Source: an uncultured Candidatus Saccharibacteria bacterium
GTDB lineage: Bacteria; Patescibacteriota; Minisyncoccia; Phycocordibacterales; UBA10002
Direction of reading: 5' to 3'
DNA length: 43,866 nt
Assembly (NCBI GenBank): GCA_964366535.1
Contig: CAYIUC010000005.1
Span: 1-43,866, forward strand
Shown: positions 6,382 to 14,654 of the stretch, in pieces
Position numbering within the stretch: the first letter of the stretch is position 1
How the letters are laid out: each line of letters begins with the position of its first letter
Made by a program: the position numbers and the translations under genes
Notes under the pieces: generated by a model
Told to the model about the DNA's origin: nothing
The model's database searches: none
The model's input: only the letters and a program-made list of their open reading frames with translations

Positions 6382-7959
6382 ATGAGTTTCGCCAAAGTTT
6401 GGAGCGCGGAAACACACCTGCTCGCGCCGCATCTAATATCTGTTGAAACAGACATTGCGCCAGGACTACATTCGTTTTCCGTCGTTGGGCTACCCGACAA
6501 GGCGGTAGAAGAATCGCGCGATCGCGTGTCGGCAGCAATTAAAAACAGCGGGTTCAAGTCGCCGAAGCAGAAAAACCAGAAAGTAACCGTCTCGCTCGCG
6601 CCGGCAGACCTAAAGAAAGAGGGGCCGGCGTTTGATTTGCCAATGGCGCTCGCGTACCTCAAAGCCGTTGGCGCTATCCGATTTGAAACGGAAAAGCGTT
6701 TGTTCCTAGGCGAACTTTCGCTTGATGGCGCACTACGCTCGGTTGCAGGCGTGTTACCGCTTGTAGAAGAAGCACGGAGGCGCGGATTTACAGAAGTATT
6801 CGTGCCACAAGAGAATGCGCGCGAAGCGGCGCTCGTGCGAGGAATTACGGTGTTTGCCGCGCAGACGCTTTCTGCGGTGATCGCGCATTTGATTCCAAAA
6901 GATCTGCCGGGAGACGGCGAGGACGCGCCGTTTGTAAAAAAGCGCGCTATAAAACCAACACCAGAAACGCCGATTCCTGACGAGCCGCCAGAAGCACAGA
7001 TTGATTTTTCAGACATTAAAGGGCAGGAAACCGCGAAGCGCGGGCTAGAAATTGCTGCGGCGGGAGGACACAACATATTGCTCTGGGGTCCGCCTGGGAC
7101 GGGCAAGACAATGCTCGCAAAAGCGTTTGCGGGAATCCTTCCGCCGCTTTCGTTTCAAGAAATGCTAGAGGTAACGGGCATACATTCTGTCGCGGGAAAA
7201 ATTCGCGACACACTAATAGCACACCCTCCCGTGCGAAGCCCGCACCATACTGCCTCGTATGTTTCCATAACAGGTGGAGGAGCGATACCGAAGCCGGGCG
7301 AGGCGACGCTAGCGCATAGGGGAGTGCTTTTCCTAGACGAATTCCCAGAGTTTGACAGGCGAGTGATAGATACCCTCCGCGAGCCATTGGAAGAACGAAT
7401 GATTTCCGTATCGCGTGCGCGCGGCTCGGCACACTTTCCTGCGCATTTTATATTGATTGCGGCGATGAATCCGTGCCCATGCGGAAACAAAGGCGTGAAA
7501 GGGAAATCGTGCGTGTGCGCGCCGAATGCGGCGGAACGCTACCGCAGGAAAATATCTGGACCGGTGATTGACCGCATTGACCTTGCAATTGAAGTGTCTG
7601 CCGTAGAGCACGGCAAGCTCTCGGAGGAGGCGCGAGACGGCTCGCTTTCGCGCGAGGTACGCGCGCGCGTCCTTGCGGCGCGCGCGCGGCAGGCAGAACG
7701 GTTTGCGAAGGCGAAACTTTCGGTAAAGACAAATGCCGATACTCCGGCAAAGCATATCGCCAAGCTTATTCCACTGGATGAAAAAACTAAGGGAATGTTA
7801 AACAGCAACGCGCGGCGCTTAGACCTATCGGCGCGCTCGTACCACCGCGTGATGAAGCTCGCGCGCACGATTGCCGACCTTGCCGAGCGCGAGCGCGTTT
7901 CCGAAGACGACATTTTAGAAGCCCTCCGCTACCGCCCGAAGCAGGTGCTGAATCAGTAA
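6382..7959 (+). CDS. comM: YifB/ComM family Mg-chelatase-like AAA+ ATPase
   Basis: N-terminal Lon-like domain (VVGLPDKAVEESRDRV...LAPADLKKEG), Walker A GPPGTGKT and Walker B LFLDEFPEF. I prefer the internal start MSFAKVW at 6382, which removes the overlap with the upstream gene. The track ORF starts at 6322. Confidence 0.85.
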   Translation: MSFAKVWSAETHLLAPHLISVETDIAPGLHSFSVVGLPDKAVEESRDRVSAAIKNSGFKSPKQKNQKVTVSLAPADLKKEGPAFDLPMALAYLKAVGAIRFETEKRLFLGELSLDGALRSVAGVLPLVEEARRRGFTEVFVPQENAREAALVRGITVFAAQTLSAVIAHLIPKDLPGDGEDAPFVKKRAIKPTPETPIPDEPPEAQIDFSDIKGQETAKRGLEIAAAGGHNILLWGPPGTGKTMLAKAFAGILPPLSFQEMLEVTGIHSVAGKIRDTLIAHPPVRSPHHTASYVSITGGGAIPKPGEATLAHRGVLFLDEFPEFDRRVIDTLREPLEERMISVSRARGSAHFPAHFILIAAMNPCPCGNKGVKGKSCVCAPNAAERYRRKISGPVIDRIDLAIEVSAVEHGKLSEEARDGSLSREVRARVLAARARQAERFAKAKLSVKTNADTPAKHIAKLIPLDEKTKGMLNSNARRLDLSARSYHRVMKLARTIADLAERERVSEDDILEALRYRPKQVLNQ

Positions 7960-8042
7960 ATTATGCATCTTATATGGTTTATATTGACTTATCCACAACG
8001 AAGAGTAAGTGAAATAAAAAACCTAAAACGGATTTTTTACCC

Positions 8043-9014
8043 CTAAAAGGGGTTTTTTGCTCCGCGAATTTCAAAGTGGAGGTGGGGGCCTGTGGAATTG
8101 CCCGTAGAACCGATGTTGCCGATAATTTCGCCGCGCGTAACTTGCTTGCCGATGTAGGTGAGTACTTGCGAAAGGTGCGAGTAGAGCGTCTGCGTGCCGT
8201 TTGGATGCGCCACGACGATATATTTGCCGTACCCGCCGTTCCAGCCGTCGTAGCGTGCAACAATAACCTCTCCTTCGGCTGAAGCGAAAATAGGCGCGCC
8301 GAAGTAATTGGCGAGGTCTACGCCATTGAAACCATGGAGCCCCTGCGTTTTGCGCCCGCCGAGTATGGGGCGAAGGTAGTACCCTTGGTACTCAGGGCCG
8401 CCTGCGCCGCGCACGCGCGATGGTATGGAGAGCGACACTTGCGCGAGCTCGCCGTCGGGGATAATTACTTCATCACCCACTGCAAGCGTAGCGTTTGTAG
8501 AAAGATTGTTAAAGAGCGCCACCTCGCGCGCGTCCGCCTTATACTGCTTCGCAATACTTGCGAGCGTATCGCCCTTTTTTACCATATGTCGCACGCCGGA
8601 AATTGGAAGAATGACAAGCGTTTCGCCCGGGCGAATGATGCCGTTCTTAATATTGTTTGCCCACACTACCGTATTGACGGAGACGCCAAACATTTTTGCA
8701 ATTTGCGAGAGCGTGTCGCCCTGCCGCACTACATATACGCTGATAGAGCCGTGCTCGCCGCTTGCGGAAATATCGGCAAGCGTACCTGAAGGGCCTGACT
8801 CGGGGAGTAGCGCCATTCCTCCTACAATAGCGATGTCGCCGCCGCCCTTGCCTGCGTTCGGGTCGGAATTTAAGGCAGAGCGCAAAAGCTCAATCGTTTG
8901 CGAGTTGCCTATGCCCGCCCCTTGCGACTCCTGCGCGTTTGCTTCCGAAGAAATGAGCGATTCTATAAAAGAAAATACGCCGGCTTCAACTGAAGCGGGC
9001 GCAAAAGAGAACAC
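8043..9014 (-). CDS. LysM-domain M23 family peptidoglycan endopeptidase
   Basis: Two LysM repeats (DTLSQIAKMFGVSVNTVVWANNI; DTLASIAKQYKADAREVALFNNL) and M23 motifs (HGFNGVDLA...GNSTGPHLHFEI). The track start is a GTG, and a signal-peptide-like segment continues in frame upstream of it. Confidence 0.85.
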   Translation of the reverse strand: MFSFAPASVEAGVFSFIESLISSEANAQESQGAGIGNSQTIELLRSALNSDPNAGKGGGDIAIVGGMALLPESGPSGTLADISASGEHGSISVYVVRQGDTLSQIAKMFGVSVNTVVWANNIKNGIIRPGETLVILPISGVRHMVKKGDTLASIAKQYKADAREVALFNNLSTNATLAVGDEVIIPDGELAQVSLSIPSRVRGAGGPEYQGYYLRPILGGRKTQGLHGFNGVDLANYFGAPIFASAEGEVIVARYDGWNGGYGKYIVVAHPNGTQTLYSHLSQVLTYIGKQVTRGEIIGNIGSTGNSTGPHLHFEIRGAKNPF

Positions 9015-9302
9015 TAGGGCAGAAACAATGAGTATAGAAGAAACACCCTTAGTCCAAAGGGTAAAACGCGTACTATACTTTGTCGCCTGGGAGGAATTGG
9101 CTACGGAAGAATCGCCAGGTTCATGTGAGGTAAATACTATAAGTTTTTTCTAATTGCTAATCGTTCTGATGGCGGAAATTACAACCGAAAAACGATACAG
9201 AAGCACATTCGTTACTAACCTCTTTATACTATCAGAGGTAGAACGAAAGGGCAACCCTGCAAGTACGGGTTTTCCACAGGTAAATATGCTATAATAAAGT
9301 GT

Positions 9303-9539
9303 ATGAAAGAAGAAATGCCACGCCGCCAATCGCTCTTTTGGGATGTGGACCCGAAAACAATTGACCCAGAAAAGCACGGCCGCTATATCATTGAGCGGAT
9401 TTTGGACTTCGGCGATGATGCGGAGGTGCGGTGGGTATGGCGATACTACGACCACGCGCTCATACGCGATGTGGTGCAGCGTTCGCGCGCGCTTTTCCCA
9501 GAAACGCGCTCTTTTTGGAACCTAATGTTTGCAACATAA
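9303..9539 (+). CDS. small conserved-looking protein upstream of the AbiEii-type gene (possible antitoxin partner)
   Basis: 78 aa. TGcTATAAT at 9287-9295 lies 7 nt upstream of the ATG. The stop is 5 nt before the next start. Confidence 0.55.
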   Translation: MKEEMPRRQSLFWDVDPKTIDPEKHGRYIIERILDFGDDAEVRWVWRYYDHALIRDVVQRSRALFPETRSFWNLMFAT

Positions 9540-9544
9540 ACAAC

Positions 9545-10207
9545 ATGAATGAATGGATTCCTAAACGCGAAGTTTTACCTGCATCCACGCAAAAGGCATT
9601 GGAATATGCCCGCAAAGAACACTGGCTGGAAAAAAGCACTTGGTACCTAGCTGGTGGCACAGCGCTCGCGCTACAGGTCGGACATCGGCAATCGGTTGAC
9701 CTGGACTTCTTTACACAAGAAAAAACCTTTGCCCCCGCGGAAGTAACGCGGCATTTCCCCGATACGGTGTGGAAAAGTACAATAGTTAAAGAAGGCACCG
9801 TGTACGGTACGCTATGCAAAGCAAAAGTAAGTTTTATCGCATATCCGTTCTTTATCCCCGCCGTTCCTTTTTTAAGATATGGCGCTGTCGCCGTGCTTGA
9901 TAAAGACGACATTGCCGTTATGAAAATAATTGCGCTCAGTCAGCGCGGACGCAAACGCGATTTCGTTGATTTGTATTGGTACGCGAAACATAACGCCCCA
10001 CTAGAATCGGTGCTTACCAAATTACCTAGGCAATACCCGACCGTTGCGCATAACTTCCAGCATATTATCAAGAGTTTAACCTATTTCAACGACGCAGACG
10101 CCGACCAAATGCCTGCATTGCTTTTTGACGCGACATGGGAGGACATTAAAGAGTATTTCCGCGCGGAAGTGCCGGCGATTGCGAGAAAACTTATCGGGCT
10201 AGATTAG
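9545..10207 (+). CDS. nucleotidyltransferase of the AbiEii/AbiGii toxin family
   Basis: Contains the motif WYLAGGTALALQVGHRQSVDLDFF. I chose the start MNEWIPK at 9545 to avoid overlap with the upstream gene. The track ORF starts at 9431. Confidence 0.7.
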   Translation: MNEWIPKREVLPASTQKALEYARKEHWLEKSTWYLAGGTALALQVGHRQSVDLDFFTQEKTFAPAEVTRHFPDTVWKSTIVKEGTVYGTLCKAKVSFIAYPFFIPAVPFLRYGAVAVLDKDDIAVMKIIALSQRGRKRDFVDLYWYAKHNAPLESVLTKLPRQYPTVAHNFQHIIKSLTYFNDADADQMPALLFDATWEDIKEYFRAEVPAIARKLIGLD

Positions 10208-10226
10208 CGGAGTTATACACAGGCGC

Positions 10227-10256
10227 TTATAGCACGCCCCCCCCCAGTGGTATACT
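10227..10256 (+). promoter_or_regulatory. candidate promoter with a C9 homopolymer in the -35/-10 spacer
   Basis: TTATAG at 10227-10232 and an 18-nt spacer containing nine C (10237-10245). The -10 is TGgTATACT with TATACT at 10251-10256. Confidence 0.45.
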
Positions 10257-10270
10257 GGAAAAATACATAA

Positions 10271-10339
10271 ACCACCCCCTCTGTATCTCCCCCTTAATCA
10301 AGGGGGAGAAGCCCGAGCAGAGCGAGGGAGAGGGGGTGA
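10271..10339. repeat. nested G/C-rich palindromic element in the leader of the secreted-protein gene
   Basis: The outer arms CACCCCCTCT and AGAGGGGGTG pair perfectly. The inner hairpin is TCTCCCCCTTaatcAAGGGGGAGA. Confidence 0.85.
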
Positions 10340-10377
10340 TGTATTTTAGCAAGTTATTATTACGCAATAGCATAAGT

Positions 10378-12408
10378 ATGAAAAAACTTCTATGGTTGGG
10401 TGCGGTTGGCATTTCGGTATTTGCATTTGTCTCAGTTGCGCAAGCGCAAGATGTCGGGTTTGAGAATATCTTTGAGAGCGTATCGGTAGACCTAAAGGTA
10501 AACGGGCAAGATGGACCAGTAACGGTCAATTCTGGAGATCGCATCGTCGTCTCATGGCTTTCCGAAGGAGCAGCGAGATGCAAGGGAAACTGGAGCAAGA
10601 ACGACATTAAGACGAGCGGCACCGTATCGGGGCGCATCTCGCGCTCTGTTGTGATTAAAGCCGCTTGCATAGACAAGGAAAACAATCGCGATGATGATGC
10701 GGTAGTTGTAAATGTTACCGGCAAGCCGGCTGTTACTACACCTGTGCCTGTGACCCCCACCACCTCCGCGCAGCCGAGACAGCTGGTTTGCGGCTCTGTG
10801 GGAGATGTCAACGGTGATGGAGTGATTTCGCAAACAGATGCAGATTTGGTCGCACAACTTGTTGCTGGGTCACGCACGCCGTCTGCAGTTGAATTAGTTC
10901 GAGCAGATGTAAGCGGCGATGGAGAGTTAAAGGCAAACGATATAACCCTTATAAACCGTTATCTCGCTGGGATGGACTCTACATTTCCGCGTTGTACCGG
11001 AGCCTCAACCACCACCTCCGCGCAGGAATTGCCGAACATGACATTAAGCAAGGCAACGGTGAACTCAGGCGAGATGTTTAAGGTTAATTTTACTTTTCCG
11101 AGAAATGGCTTGGGCTCTCGACTATATATCACCTGCCCTGCTTCAGTGAGCACGCGCACTACTTCTGAATTATGCAACTCAAGCGTTGATGTAACTTCCA
11201 ATACTGACTGGACGCTCATTTTCTACAACACCTCTACACAAACTCAACGGGTTCAGTTAAGTTACAATGTAACTTTGCCGAACAATGCCGGTGTAGGTGG
11301 AGTCGGTGGTTTTGTAGATGTGTTACCCGCCCCCACCACCTCCGCGCAGCCGAAGATTACGGTGCTCAGTCCGAATGGGGGGGAGAACTACAAGGTTGGG
11401 GATACAATAAATGTCCGGTGGAATGTGGCAAATATCCCCGCAAATACGACCGTTGGGTTGCAGATTTCATACAGTTCAAATGCTGTCGTATATGAGGATG
11501 TGATTGTTTCAGAAAACCTACAACCAGATTTGAAAGGCGGGCATTCGTGGGTAATACCGACAAAATATGGGGGAAGCAGTATGAATCCTAATTTGTTCAA
11601 GATGCGGGCGATTCTATACGGTTCTGCAATTAAGGACACAAGCCAATTTCAAGATTATAGCGACTCTTATTTCACCATCACCGCCCCCGCACCAACCGCA
11701 AGCCCGATTACCGTAGACCTCAAAGCAAACAAAGGAGACGGGGCGAACGATGGGCCGATAACTGTTGCCGCAGGAACCTCCATCGGGCTCTTGTACACGA
11801 CTACTGGTAAGGTAGAACGGTGCACGGGTGATGTAGAAGGCGGCTCAAATGGGAGCAAACGAATCATTGCAAGCGAATCAAAGACCTACACAGTTAGCTG
11901 TACGCAAGACGGCGGCACTGGAACTGCGAGCGACTCTGTGCGCGTAGAAGTAACGCAGGCGATTACCGAAATTACCCCCGCAACCGCTCCTGTACTAAGC
12001 GCAAGCGCGCCCACAATCTCCGGCACGCGCACGGCAGCGGGCGACAAGCTCTACCCGGGTTCCATGTCCATTACCTCAACGATACAAAATAGCGGCGGAC
12101 CACTCACCACTTCCGTATCAGCTCGCTTCCAGTACTCGCCCAACAATGGCGCAAATTGGTACGACTTCCAGGAAGTAGGCCCGATTAGCACTACCCCCAA
12201 GAATGTCTCGCACACATGGGATGGCGGCGTTGGGAATTTCTGTTTCCGTGTCGCGATAGATAGCGGCACCGACAATATCGGACCTTCTGCTTGTATAGAA
12301 ATTCTCCCGCAAGCGGGGGCGTTTATCGGCGTATCGCGCGAACTAGCCGCGACTGCAGTACCCGATACGGATGTGTGGAACTTCTTGAAGGCGTTTTTTG
12401 GGAGGTGA
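10378..12408 (+). CDS. large secreted protein with dockerin-like repeats and Ig-like modules
   Basis: Signal peptide MKKLLWLGAVGISVFAFVSVAQA from 10378. Dockerin-type pairs are DVNGDGVISQTDADLV and DVSGDGELKANDITLINRYLAG. Three TTSAQ(P) linkers are each encoded by an identical 17-nt sequence. Confidence 0.75.
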   Translation: MKKLLWLGAVGISVFAFVSVAQAQDVGFENIFESVSVDLKVNGQDGPVTVNSGDRIVVSWLSEGAARCKGNWSKNDIKTSGTVSGRISRSVVIKAACIDKENNRDDDAVVVNVTGKPAVTTPVPVTPTTSAQPRQLVCGSVGDVNGDGVISQTDADLVAQLVAGSRTPSAVELVRADVSGDGELKANDITLINRYLAGMDSTFPRCTGASTTTSAQELPNMTLSKATVNSGEMFKVNFTFPRNGLGSRLYITCPASVSTRTTSELCNSSVDVTSNTDWTLIFYNTSTQTQRVQLSYNVTLPNNAGVGGVGGFVDVLPAPTTSAQPKITVLSPNGGENYKVGDTINVRWNVANIPANTTVGLQISYSSNAVVYEDVIVSENLQPDLKGGHSWVIPTKYGGSSMNPNLFKMRAILYGSAIKDTSQFQDYSDSYFTITAPAPTASPITVDLKANKGDGANDGPITVAAGTSIGLLYTTTGKVERCTGDVEGGSNGSKRIIASESKTYTVSCTQDGGTGTASDSVRVEVTQAITEITPATAPVLSASAPTISGTRTAAGDKLYPGSMSITSTIQNSGGPLTTSVSARFQYSPNNGANWYDFQEVGPISTTPKNVSHTWDGGVGNFCFRVAIDSGTDNIGPSACIEILPQAGAFIGVSRELAATAVPDTDVWNFLKAFFGR

Positions 12409-12425
12409 TAAATCTTTTCTTAAAT

Positions 12426-12569
12426 CTCCCCCTCGGTTGAGGGGGAGTACTCCGACTTTAGTCGGAGGGAGGGGGTGGGTCAGCAAAACACCACCCCTCC
12501 GCTTCGCAGACTCAGCACCTCCCCTTAGGTAAAGGGCAGGTTAAAAGAGAGGCAGGGTGAGGGGGTGTT
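12426..12569. repeat. two adjacent G/C-rich palindromic elements
   Basis: 12426-12480 contains hairpins CTCCCCCTCggttGAGGGGGAG and CTCCGACtttaGTCGGAG. 12488-12569 has outer arms ACACCACCCCTC and GAGGGGGTGT. Both end in GAGGGGGTG. Confidence 0.8.
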
Positions 12570-12622
12570 TTACAAAATCCGACCAAAAGTGTCGGATTTT
12601 TGTTTGTGCTATGCTTTCGCGT

Positions 12623-14548
12623 ATGTCGCACCTAGACCAACTGAATCCGCGCCAGCGCGAGGCGGCAGAGCATCGCGACGGGCCGCTTCTCATTATCGCT
12701 GGCGCGGGGGCGGGCAAGACACGCGTGATTGCGCACAGAATTTTGCATCTTATACAAAGCGGAGTTGCGCCGGAATCCATTCTCGCGATTACCTTCACGA
12801 ACAAGGCGGCACAAGAGATGCGGGAGCGCGTATACACCCTATTATCATCAGACCGCGCCAGATGTTTGCAGCCCACAACATCTGGCGCGGGAGACACGGA
12901 AGAGCTTCCTTTCATCTCCACCTTTCACTCACTTGGAGCTACACTCCTCCGCAACCATCCAGAGATTGCCGGGCTACCAAAACGCTTCACAATCTTTGAC
13001 CGAGGCGACTCCGTGCGCGCGGTGAAAAAGGCGACTGCGCTTGCCGGCTTTGACCCGAAGAACTTTGAGCCGCCGAAAATACTTTCTGCAATCAGCCGCC
13101 AAAAAGGGGAGGGGGTTACTGCAGACGCCTTCGCAGAGCAAGCGAGCGACTTCTTCCCGCGCGTCGTGTCGCGCGTGTGGGACGCATACGAAAAGATTCT
13201 CGCCGAAGAAAAGGCGGTTGACTTCGATGACCTTCTACTCAAGACATCGCTTCTCTTAAAGAAAGAATCCGCGCTACGAGAGCGCTATCAAAACCAGTGG
13301 CGTTTCGTGCATATAGACGAATACCAGGACACAAACCGCGTGCAGTACGACATCGCACGCCTCCTTGCCGAGAGCCATCGCAACATTGCGGTTGTAGGCG
13401 ATGCGGACCAGAATATTTACCAGTGGCGCGGAGCATCTATGCGCAATATTTTGGACTTTGAAAAGGATTGGCCTAATGCAAAAGTGGTAACGCTTGAAGA
13501 AAATTACCGCTCCACGCAAACGATTCTAAACGCCGCCAATCGGGTGATTGAGAAAAACAAACACCGCCTACCGAAAACGCTTTTTACGAAAAACGGCGGC
13601 GGGGAGCCGATTGGGCTTTTCGCTGGGCTAGACGAAGCGCACGAAGCGCAGTTTGTCGCAAGCACTTCCCAAGCGCTCATTGCGCACGGCACTATGGCTA
13701 GGGAAATCGCCGTTTTGTTTCGCGCCAACTTCCAAAGCCGCGCGTTGGAAGAAGCGTTTCTCAATGCCGACATTCCGTACCAAGTAGTCGGCGTGCGATT
13801 TTTTGAACGAAAAGAAGTAAAAGACATACTTTCATATGTTCGTGCGGCACTAGACGCACAAAATACAGCTGATTTTGCGCGCATTGTGAATGTTCCAACG
13901 CGAGGAATCGGCAAAGTAACACTGCTGAAGATTCTTGCGGGGCGGGAAGGCGAACTGCCGTTTGGTATGCGGCAAAAAGTTTCCGGGCTCCGCGCACTTC
14001 TAGCCAAAATAAAAGAAAAACTTGAGCATGAACAGATTTCAGTCGCTCTGAAATATATTCTTACTGCAAGCGGGTTGGAAAAAACGCTTCGCGAGGGAAG
14101 TGAAGAAGACGAGGAGCGGCTCTTAAACATCCGCGAGCTTATTGTCTTTGCAATGCGCTATGACGCGCGGGAGGGGGAGCGCAGCACGCTTGTGGAAGCG
14201 TTTTTGCAAGACGCAGCACTCCAGAGCGACCAAGATGAACTGAAAGAAGAGAAGAACGCCGTTCGGCTTATGACTGTGCACGCCGCGAAAGGACTTGAGT
14301 TTGATATCGTGTTTATCACAGGTCTTGAAGACGGGTTATTCCCGCATGCGCGACTATTTGCCGAAAGCGTTACTGCGGAAGCTGCCGAAGAGGAACGGCG
14401 GCTTTTCTATGTGGCGCTTACTCGAGCAAAGAAAAAGGTGTACCTCTCATATGCCGGTATGCGGAGCGTATTCGGCTCGCGGCAAGCAAACCTCCCCTCG
14501 GAGTTTATCTTTGACATTCCGGAGGAATTGCTAGAAGCTGAAACCTAG
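12623..14548 (+). CDS. uvrD: UvrD/PcrA-type superfamily 1 DNA helicase
   Basis: Motifs AGAGAGKTRV, FTNKAA, VHIDEYQDTN, LEENYRST and VHAAKGLEF. I chose the start MSHLDQLNPRQ at 12623, with TATGCT at 12609-12614 lying 8 nt upstream. Confidence 0.9.
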   Translation: MSHLDQLNPRQREAAEHRDGPLLIIAGAGAGKTRVIAHRILHLIQSGVAPESILAITFTNKAAQEMRERVYTLLSSDRARCLQPTTSGAGDTEELPFISTFHSLGATLLRNHPEIAGLPKRFTIFDRGDSVRAVKKATALAGFDPKNFEPPKILSAISRQKGEGVTADAFAEQASDFFPRVVSRVWDAYEKILAEEKAVDFDDLLLKTSLLLKKESALRERYQNQWRFVHIDEYQDTNRVQYDIARLLAESHRNIAVVGDADQNIYQWRGASMRNILDFEKDWPNAKVVTLEENYRSTQTILNAANRVIEKNKHRLPKTLFTKNGGGEPIGLFAGLDEAHEAQFVASTSQALIAHGTMAREIAVLFRANFQSRALEEAFLNADIPYQVVGVRFFERKEVKDILSYVRAALDAQNTADFARIVNVPTRGIGKVTLLKILAGREGELPFGMRQKVSGLRALLAKIKEKLEHEQISVALKYILTASGLEKTLREGSEEDEERLLNIRELIVFAMRYDAREGERSTLVEAFLQDAALQSDQDELKEEKNAVRLMTVHAAKGLEFDIVFITGLEDGLFPHARLFAESVTAEAAEEERRLFYVALTRAKKKVYLSYAGMRSVFGSRQANLPSEFIFDIPEELLEAET

Positions 14549-14554
14549 CGCTTT

Positions 14555-14626
14555 GCGGAAGGCAAAATTTCGTCCTCTTTACCCTCTCTACGGGGGTCCT
14601 ACGAGATACGAAATTTCGCCTTCCGC
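14555..14626. repeat. 72-nt hairpin element, copy 1 (19-bp stem, conserved 34-nt loop)
   Basis: GCGGAAGGCAAAATTTCGT, then a 34-nt loop, then ACGAAATTTCGCCTTCCGC. The loop is identical to that of 30291-30362. The element lies between the uvrD stop and the rsmA start. Confidence 0.85.
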
Positions 14627-14654
14627 TTCGCGCTCAACGAGTTTTGTTATTATT

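Noticed and set aside
7989-7997. Perfect DnaA box TTATCCACA between comM and the M23 peptidase gene as an origin signal
   Set aside because: It is a single isolated box between convergent genes, with no AT-rich unwinding element or additional boxes, so it is probably fortuitous or a minor titration site.
8040-8058. CCCCtaaaaGGGG plus T6 as a comM terminator
   Set aside because: The stem is only 4 bp, and it overlaps the stop-codon region of the minus-strand M23 gene. This is too weak to call.
11377-11383. G7 runs inside CDSs (11377-11383, 19766-19772, 36418-36424) as possible phase-variation switches
   Set aside because: Each simply encodes Gly-Gly within otherwise ordinary sequence, including the essential tyrS. 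A handful of 7-nt runs is about what chance predicts in 44 kb. Only the C9 promoter tract is reported as a finding.
14553-14654. N-terminal extension of the rsmA ORF (MRKAKFRPLYPLYGGPTRYEISPSA...)
   Set aside because: The extension is simply a read-through of the 72-nt hairpin element, whose second copy is read in a different frame. The conserved RsmA N-terminus begins at MFAKKSLGQHFL (14655).
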